This document shows, piece after piece, positions 26,121 to 32,000 of a DNA stretch of 32,000 nt. Numbering within the stretch: the first letter of the stretch is position 1; each line of letters starts with the position of its first letter. This DNA comes from Vibrio vulnificus CMCP6 (lineage in GTDB: Bacteria > Pseudomonadota > Gammaproteobacteria > Enterobacterales > Vibrionaceae): assembly GCF_000039765.1 (NCBI RefSeq), contig NC_004459.3, positions 1,710,001 to 1,742,000 of the forward strand. The letters run 5' to 3'. Below the pieces are notes generated by a model, which was not told where the DNA came from, searched no databases, and saw nothing but the letters and a program-made list of their open reading frames with translations. The translations under genes were made by a program, and so were the position numbers.

Positions 26121-27587
26121 ATGAAAATTTTGATTTTAGTCTTTACGTTAGGCGTGCTGAGTGTCTTTACCGCTTACGGAGCGACACAAACGGGGAAAGT
26201 GGTCACGGTACCGCATCACAAATCGACGTTTGTTGCGTTGTCAGGTAAAGCAAAACGCGTCTCGCTTGGCGATCCTGAAGTGTTAGACATCGTGATGTTG
26301 AAATCCGATGAACTGTTCTTGATCGGTCGTAAGTTAGGCTCAACAAACCTAATGGCATGGGACAGCCGCGGGAACTTAATTGAATCGATCAACATTGAAG
26401 TCACACACGATCTCAATAGCCTCAAGCAAAAGCTTTATGAGTTTCTGCCAGAGGAACCGATTCAAGTCCACAGTGCGCAAAATCGCTTAATTTTAAGTGG
26501 TATGGTCAGCACTCAAGAAAAAATGAACATCGCTCTGCGTGTGGCAGAAACCTATGCGGCGGGGCAACAAGCGGATGAAGCCACGGCCTCGTTAAACAGT
26601 CAGGTAGAAAAAAGTGGCGTGATCAACTTAATGACGATCGGCGGTGCCCAGCAGGTGATGCTAGAAGTGACCGTGGCAGAAGTGCAGCGCAGCTTGGTCA
26701 GACGTTTTGACTCTAACTTCCACTTTTTCGAAAACAACGGCAGCTTCTCATGGGGGGCAACTTCCGCTGGCGGCATCATTGATGACATCGGTGGCGGTGT
26801 AGGCCCTATCTTCAACGTGCCGGGGATCGACAGCACCGGGTTATTGAGCACCTTCATTGATGGCGACACCCTGTTTACTTTTGCATTAGACATTGCCAAA
26901 GAAAATGGCGTGGCCAAAGTATTGGCTGAGCCGAATTTGACGGCGTTAAGTGGCGCGAAAGCGGAGTTTCTTGCTGGTGGTGAGTTCCCGATTCCAGTAC
27001 CAGACAGCGATGGTGTCACCATTGAATACAAAGAGTATGGGGTGGGATTGAAGTTTGTTCCGACCATCTTGAGTGACAAACGCATCAATCTTAACTTGGC
27101 GGTGGACGTGAGTGAAATCGCGGCTTCCAATACGCTGACCTTAAGCCCGGGTGGCACCAATGCCAGCTATTTTATTCCCCCCATCACACGTCGCTCAGCG
27201 TCTTCAACCTTAGAGCTTGCGGATGGTCAAACCATCGGTATTGCGGGTCTCTTGAGTGAAAATGTACGCGATGTCAGTAGCAAAATGCCCGGCTTTGGCG
27301 ATATTCCAGTCTTGGGACAACTCTTTAGTAGCCAAGATTATATTTCCGGTGAAACCGAACTGGTGATTTTGGTGACGCCAAGGCTCGCGAAGCCAATCGA
27401 CCGTAGCAAAATTACGCTGCCGACCGATGCCTTTGTCGAACCGAGCGATCTGAAATATTACTTACTTGGTGTCGGTGCTTATATCGCAGAATCGCCCACC
27501 AACGCGAATGCGGCTGCGCAACCTGAGCCCGAGTTTCTACAAAATGGGCAGGGTGGCACTGAAGGTGAATTTGGTCACAGCCTGTAA
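26121..27587 (+). CDS. rcpA: RcpA/CpaC outer-membrane secretin
   Basis: 488 aa with a signal peptide. The secretin C-domain signature is VLAEPNLTALSGAKAEFLAGGEFPIPV ... PGFGDIPVLGQLF ... ELVILVTPRL. Confidence 0.9.
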   Translation: MKILILVFTLGVLSVFTAYGATQTGKVVTVPHHKSTFVALSGKAKRVSLGDPEVLDIVMLKSDELFLIGRKLGSTNLMAWDSRGNLIESINIEVTHDLNSLKQKLYEFLPEEPIQVHSAQNRLILSGMVSTQEKMNIALRVAETYAAGQQADEATASLNSQVEKSGVINLMTIGGAQQVMLEVTVAEVQRSLVRRFDSNFHFFENNGSFSWGATSAGGIIDDIGGGVGPIFNVPGIDSTGLLSTFIDGDTLFTFALDIAKENGVAKVLAEPNLTALSGAKAEFLAGGEFPIPVPDSDGVTIEYKEYGVGLKFVPTILSDKRINLNLAVDVSEIAASNTLTLSPGGTNASYFIPPITRRSASSTLELADGQTIGIAGLLSENVRDVSSKMPGFGDIPVLGQLFSSQDYISGETELVILVTPRLAKPIDRSKITLPTDAFVEPSDLKYYLLGVGAYIAESPTNANAAAQPEPEFLQNGQGGTEGEFGHSL

Positions 27588-27597
27588 GGAGAGAGAG

Positions 27598-27852
27598 ATG
27601 AAAACCTATTTTGCACTACTTTTTATGGCTGTCTCTTTTTTAAGTGGCTGTGCAAATGATGCGCCTTTGGGCCAACATGTGGCTAAACTTAAAGCAGAGC
27701 AAACCTATAATCCAGACGCAACCCAGGAAAACCTGGACCTTATTCCTTACGGCAGTGGCGATAAAATGGACAGCGCTTATCAGCTTTACCTCGGTAAGAA
27801 AACTGAAAGCATGTCGAGTAGTAGTAGCCAAGTTATCAACGGTTTTAAATAA
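27598..27852 (+). CDS. Small lipoprotein, Tad-associated
   Basis: Start moved to ATG 27598 (SD AAGGAGAGAGAG); the track ORF 27466 overlaps rcpA. The 84-aa product has a lipobox LSG|C at residues 16-19. Confidence 0.7.
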   Translation: MKTYFALLFMAVSFLSGCANDAPLGQHVAKLKAEQTYNPDATQENLDLIPYGSGDKMDSAYQLYLGKKTESMSSSSSQVINGFK

Positions 27853-27871
27853 CGGCCGTTAAGGATGCATT

Positions 27872-29092
27872 ATGGACATGACCAGACACTGCAAGGGAAA
27901 ACGTAAGCAACAAGGCTTAGTGCTGGTCTTGGTGACGGTAGCGATGTTGAGTTTTGTCATCATGGCGGCATTGGCGATTGACGTCACTCATCAAGTGGTG
28001 AATCGCACCAAATTGCAAAATGCCGTCGATGCGGCGGCCTTAGCTGCGGCCATGGTGGCAGACGCCACTCACGATACTCCCACCGCAACGGCGGCCGCCA
28101 AAACAACACTTAACTCCATGCATAGCGCCTCAGGAAACAGTGAGCTGGATATCGACTCGGCCACCTTCAGTATTGATTATTCCAACGACCCTTTGACGTT
28201 CCCCGATAGCAGTTTCAACAGTGATGAGGACATTTATGTCCGAATTTCGATTGATGATCTGAGCCTCAGCGAATTTTTTATGCAGGCGCTGGGGTTGAGT
28301 AAAACCGTCTCAGCTTCTGCAGTCGCAGGGCCAAGCTCAAGCATTAACACCATTAGTAACGTCGTGCCCATTGGCGTATGCAAAGGCGATGAGAGTGGTG
28401 GTATTTACGGTTATAACCCTGCTGAAGTTTATGTGCTTAAAGTGGGGGACTCGACCATGACCACCATGGGATCGGGTAATTACCACTTGCTCGACTTTGG
28501 CTCGGGGGCGGACACCGTGAGAGAGGCTTTAGGTGGTGGCTATGAGGGTACCGTACAAATCGGTGGCGATATTGGCACCCAGACTGGTGTGGCAGCAGGT
28601 CCGGTGGGGCAAGGCGCGAATACTCGCTTGGGGATCTACCAAGGTGGCGTTTCGAGTAGTGATTACCCCCCCGACTTTATTACCGAACAACCCGATACAC
28701 CCGCGACGGTCGATACCGATGGCAATGTGGTTTATGACTATGCAACGGATTTGACCTATGCTGAATATAAGCTCAAAACCGAAGCGTGCATTGAAGACAG
28801 TAGCTCTGGAGATTGTGAGTCGGGTGGTCAGCCATGGCGACGTATCCTGCCCGTTCCAATGGTGGACTGTACGGGAAAAAGTGGCGGCTCGACGACCTAT
28901 TCTGTTGTAGAGGTGGGCTGTTTTTTCTTGCTTCAGCAGGTCCCAACAAACAACTCGGGTTTAGGGCAATTGGTGTTTGGTGAGTTTGTTGACTCTTGTG
29001 TGGTGGAAAACGGCTCAATTGGCAACACACCGGGAAACCAAGGTGCTTATAAGATCGTCATCTATGAAGATCCAAACAATGGAGATTCGTGA
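27872..29092 (+). CDS. tadG: TadG-like pilus assembly protein
   Basis: 406 aa. The N-terminal TadG-type segment is QQGLVLVLVTVAMLSFVIMAALAIDVTHQ. The large extracytoplasmic part contains GNYHLLDFGSG and several Cys residues. Confidence 0.7.
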   Translation: MDMTRHCKGKRKQQGLVLVLVTVAMLSFVIMAALAIDVTHQVVNRTKLQNAVDAAALAAAMVADATHDTPTATAAAKTTLNSMHSASGNSELDIDSATFSIDYSNDPLTFPDSSFNSDEDIYVRISIDDLSLSEFFMQALGLSKTVSASAVAGPSSSINTISNVVPIGVCKGDESGGIYGYNPAEVYVLKVGDSTMTTMGSGNYHLLDFGSGADTVREALGGGYEGTVQIGGDIGTQTGVAAGPVGQGANTRLGIYQGGVSSSDYPPDFITEQPDTPATVDTDGNVVYDYATDLTYAEYKLKTEACIEDSSSGDCESGGQPWRRILPVPMVDCTGKSGGSTTYSVVEVGCFFLLQQVPTNNSGLGQLVFGEFVDSCVVENGSIGNTPGNQGAYKIVIYEDPNNGDS

Positions 29093-29093
29093 G

Positions 29094-29531
29094 ATGAAAA
29101 GAAAGATGAACAACCAAAAAGTGCGTGGGTTTGCCGCGGTCGAAATGGTCGCCACTCTGCCAGTGATTTTGTTGATTCTAGTGGGCGTGGTGGAAGTCGG
29201 GCATATGTTTACCCAGTACAACACCCTCGCCAAAGGAGTACAAAATGGTGCTCGTTTTGCTGTCAATGATGTCTATGGAACCATTACCTATGACCAGATT
29301 GCCAACGAAGCTGACATTAAAAACATGGTGCTACATGGCCAAGTCTCTGGCGGCAGCTACACCATTTTAGACAACTTAACCGCAGACGATATTACGGTGA
29401 CCCATAATAGCGGCTATGTCACGGTGACGGCCTCTTACACTTACGTACCATCGTTTAGCAAAATTCCGTACACCAACACGGAATTAGGCATCACGTTCAC
29501 AGCGTCTTCTGTGATGAGGAGCGGCTTGTGA
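29094..29531 (+). CDS. TadE-like pseudopilin
   Basis: Start moved to ATG 29094, 1 nt after the tadG TGA. The TadE N-terminal motif RG/FAAVEMVATLPVILLILVG has a prepilin-like G-x4-E site. The product is 145 aa. Confidence 0.75.
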   Translation: MKRKMNNQKVRGFAAVEMVATLPVILLILVGVVEVGHMFTQYNTLAKGVQNGARFAVNDVYGTITYDQIANEADIKNMVLHGQVSGGSYTILDNLTADDITVTHNSGYVTVTASYTYVPSFSKIPYTNTELGITFTASSVMRSGL

Positions 29532-30046
29532 TGCGAGGTAAGGAATGGAAGAAAAAAAATAACCAAGGACTGGCAGTGATTGAACTGACCATTGTCTCAA
29601 CTGTGTTGATGTTGGTACTGCTGTCAATCTTCTCCGTTGGTTACTACATGTTTTCGATGCAGATGATTAATGAGGCGACACGTAAAGCGGCACGCTTAGC
29701 AACGGTTTGCTATGTCACCTCAAGCGCGCACCAAAACATCAAAGACGCCGTCATTGATAGCAGTTTGCCCGGCAATTTCAGTGATCAGCATTTGCTGATT
29801 GAGTATCTCGACGCCAATGGCGATGTGGTCAGCGGGGACTTAACCGATAATGATGTTTTTATAACCATAAAATACGTTAGAGCTAGAGTGAGTAACTATC
29901 AATTTCAATTTGTTTCAGTTCTTAATTTTTTAGGAAACAACGGCTTAGTGACCATTCCGCAATTTGAAACCACGCTACCTGTCGAGAGTTTAGGGGTGGT
30001 GAGACCAACTAAAAACGATTCGGATGGTTCCACAACTGACTGCTAG
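29531..30046 (+). CDS. Second TadE/TadF-like pseudopilin
   Basis: The ATG overlaps the upstream stop (TGATG); GTG 29528 is an alternative start. The motif QG/LAVIELTIVSTVLMLVLLSIF is present in a product of ~171 aa. Confidence 0.7.
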   Translation: MRGKEWKKKNNQGLAVIELTIVSTVLMLVLLSIFSVGYYMFSMQMINEATRKAARLATVCYVTSSAHQNIKDAVIDSSLPGNFSDQHLLIEYLDANGDVVSGDLTDNDVFITIKYVRARVSNYQFQFVSVLNFLGNNGLVTIPQFETTLPVESLGVVRPTKNDSDGSTTDC

Positions 30047-30056
30047 GGGACGGTAT

Positions 30057-31274
30057 ATGGGAGAAGCTGTGAAGCTAAATAGGAACAATGATGAAAGTTT
30101 TGCTCGCTTAAAGACCAGTCTACATATCTGGGTGTTGTACAGTAGCGACCGATTTCAGCTTCATATGGGGGCGCAACTCAAGTTGTGCAAAAACCTCAGT
30201 TTTGATCTGATTTCAATGCACAACTTCAATGTCTCAGGGCTCACGCACGTGACGCCACCCGATCTTATTTTTGTTGAAACTGGGCCCAATTGGGCACAAA
30301 AAGTGCTCTCATTGCAAGAATATGAAGCTCCCAGTGACGATTTCGAAGCCTCGTTGATTGTGTTTGGTGACGAAAGTGACAATGGCGCATTGAAAATTGC
30401 TTTGCGTCTGGGCGCGGCTGACTTTGTTTCTGATAAAGCCTTAGTGGGGGACTTCTTCCACCTACTCAAAAATGTTTCCGATGAGAAGTTTTCCAGCCGA
30501 GAGCTTGGAGAATTGCACTTATTTATTAACACCAAAGGCGGCTGCGGTGCCTCGACACTGGCCTTGAATACCGCCTTAGAAATAGCCGGTTCGCATCCGG
30601 AGAAAGTGCTTCTGCTGGATGTGGACATTCCCTTTGGCGTCATCTCTGAATACCTCAACATTTCACCGCAATACAGCTTAACGGACGTCATCGAGCACTC
30701 TAAGGATCTTGACCACGATTCGCTCACCGCCATGGTGACCAAGATGGAGAGTGGTTTGCACGTGTTGGGTTTTTTCCACGAAAACACCGCAGAAGATTTT
30801 GATAAAGCGAAGGAAATTGGCCGGTTACTGCCTGTTCTTCGCGAAATTTATCCTTACGTCATTATCGATCTGTCCCGTGGGGTGGATCGGATTTTCTCGG
30901 CGGTGGTCGCGCCCGCGACCAAGGTTTTCTTGATTACGCAGCAAAACCTGGCCGCGATTAAGAACACCTCGCGCATCCTGCGCATGTTGACCTTTGAGTA
31001 TGGTGTTACCCGAGAGCAGATCGAGTTGATTGTTAATCGATACGAGAAACGAGCATCAATCAAATTAAAAGACATTGAGCACACCATCACAGGCATTCCG
31101 GTTTTCATGATCCCGAATGATTACCGTGTTGCGATTGAAAGTGCCAATTTAGGGCGACCTTTTGTTGAGAACAAGAAAAACAGTGCGATTACCCGTTCCA
31201 TTGTCGAGTTTTCTCATCACATCGCGAAACCTGAGGAAGAGAAAAAAAGTTGGCTCAAGAAAATATTTTCTTAG
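30057..31274 (+). CDS. tadZ: TadZ/CpaE localisation ATPase-like protein (receiver-like N-domain plus MinD/ParA-like domain)
   Basis: Start moved to ATG 30057 (SD AGGGGA at 30045-30050). The deviant Walker A reads KGGCGAST (30534-30557). MinD-like DVDIPFG and VIIDLSRG segments are present. Confidence 0.85.
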   Translation: MGEAVKLNRNNDESFARLKTSLHIWVLYSSDRFQLHMGAQLKLCKNLSFDLISMHNFNVSGLTHVTPPDLIFVETGPNWAQKVLSLQEYEAPSDDFEASLIVFGDESDNGALKIALRLGAADFVSDKALVGDFFHLLKNVSDEKFSSRELGELHLFINTKGGCGASTLALNTALEIAGSHPEKVLLLDVDIPFGVISEYLNISPQYSLTDVIEHSKDLDHDSLTAMVTKMESGLHVLGFFHENTAEDFDKAKEIGRLLPVLREIYPYVIIDLSRGVDRIFSAVVAPATKVFLITQQNLAAIKNTSRILRMLTFEYGVTREQIELIVNRYEKRASIKLKDIEHTITGIPVFMIPNDYRVAIESANLGRPFVENKKNSAITRSIVEFSHHIAKPEEEKKSWLKKIFS

Positions 31275-31309
31275 AGAGTGCGAAAATTTAGAAACGAAAG
31301 GACAAGGTT

Positions 31310-32000
31310 ATGTTTTTTAAAAGAAAAAATATCAACCCAGAGTTTCAGGAAAAAGCAGCGGCACTAGAAGCGCAACCCAGTTCAACGATCAGTGATGAGG
31401 TTATATCTGACATTGAGTCCAATGTGCAGCCAATAGACTCAAACAGAGTCGAGCCGATGCAACAAGACAAAAAACTGCTGGAGCGTCAGGCGAAAGATAA
31501 AGCGGTTGAAGAGGCACGTAAACAACTCGAACAAGAGTTGGCGATTAAGCACTACTATCATCAGCGTTTGTTGGAAACATTGGATTTGGGCTTGTTGTCG
31601 AGTTTGGAAAAAGAGCGTGCGAAGAAAGATTTGCACGATGCCATCGTCCAGCTCATGGCGGAAGACCAAACCCACCCAATGAGCTCAGAAGGGCGTAAGC
31701 GGGTGATCAAGCAGATTGAAGATGAAGTGTTTGGTCTTGGGCCCCTAGAGCCATTACTGCATGACAAAACCGTGTCGGATATTTTGGTTAATGGTCCGAA
31801 AAACATCTTTGTCGAACGTCGCGGTAAGTTGGAAAAGACCCCCTATACCTTTTTGGATGATCGCCACTTACGCAACATCATCGACCGCATTGTTAGCCAG
31901 GTCGGGCGTCGTATTGATGAAGCCTCGCCCATGGTGGATGCGCGTTTGCTGGATGGTTCGCGAGTCAACGCAATCATTCCACCCTTGGCCCTCGACGGAG
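31310..32000 (+). CDS. tadA: TadA/CpaF secretion ATPase; 3' end outside the window (not in the ORF track)
   Basis: Frame 2 is open from ATG 31310 (SD GAAAGGA) to the window end. My hand translation includes VFGLGPLEPLLHDKTVSDILVNGPKNIFVERRGKLEKT and MVDARLLDGSRVNAIIPPLALDG, which is the classic CpaF/VirB11-type N-terminal core. Confidence 0.9.
   Translation, partial: MFFKRKNINPEFQEKAAALEAQPSSTISDEVISDIESNVQPIDSNRVEPMQQDKKLLERQAKDKAVEEARKQLEQELAIKHYYHQRLLETLDLGLLSSLEKERAKKDLHDAIVQLMAEDQTHPMSSEGRKRVIKQIEDEVFGLGPLEPLLHDKTVSDILVNGPKNIFVERRGKLEKTPYTFLDDRHLRNIIDRIVSQVGRRIDEASPMVDARLLDGSRVNAIIPPLALDG

Noticed and set aside
27466-27597. N-terminal extension of the lipoprotein ORF overlapping the 3' end of rcpA
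   Set aside because: The extension has no SD and a non-protein-like sequence. ATG 27598 has a strong SD and yields a proper signal peptide and lipobox.
27850-27863. 12-bp perfect palindrome TAACGGCCGTTA between the lipoprotein gene and tadG
   Set aside because: It is too short, and as a hairpin it leaves only a 4-bp stem, so it cannot act as a terminator. It is probably incidental.

Overview
This is a Vibrionaceae-type chromosomal segment. That assignment rests on recalled protein motifs and synteny; I ran no searches. Bases 1-12603 are conserved housekeeping genes: a TatD/YjjV-like hydrolase (5' truncated), nupC, deoC-deoA-deoB-deoD, smp/ytjB, serB, a large dual-PilZ c-di-GMP receptor (PlzC-like) and radA. 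A second EF-G gene (fusA paralog) lies at 16.6-18.7 kb. Between radA and that EF-G gene sits a tightly coupled three-gene unit: a 7TM-sensor diguanylate cyclase, an unknown 10-TM protein and a HAD phosphatase. This unit looks accessory. From 18.8 kb onward there is a LysR/DUF1127 divergent pair, an acyl-CoA synthetase and an AraC regulator. A Tad/Flp (type IVc) pilus operon then runs off the right edge. Its order is flp, flp, tadV, an AAA+ ATPase, rcpC, rcpA, a lipoprotein, tadG, two tadE-like genes, tadZ and tadA (partial). The first flp gene and tadA are absent from the supplied ORF track. The most interesting items are the extra MoxR/NtrC-like AAA+ gene translationally coupled into the Tad operon, the non-canonical Tad gene order, and the cyclase/membrane/HAD operon. 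I saw no tRNA, rRNA, CRISPR, IS element or integrase. All product calls come from motif recognition by eye, and start codons were adjusted where a Shine-Dalgarno (SD) sequence or known N-terminus supported it.
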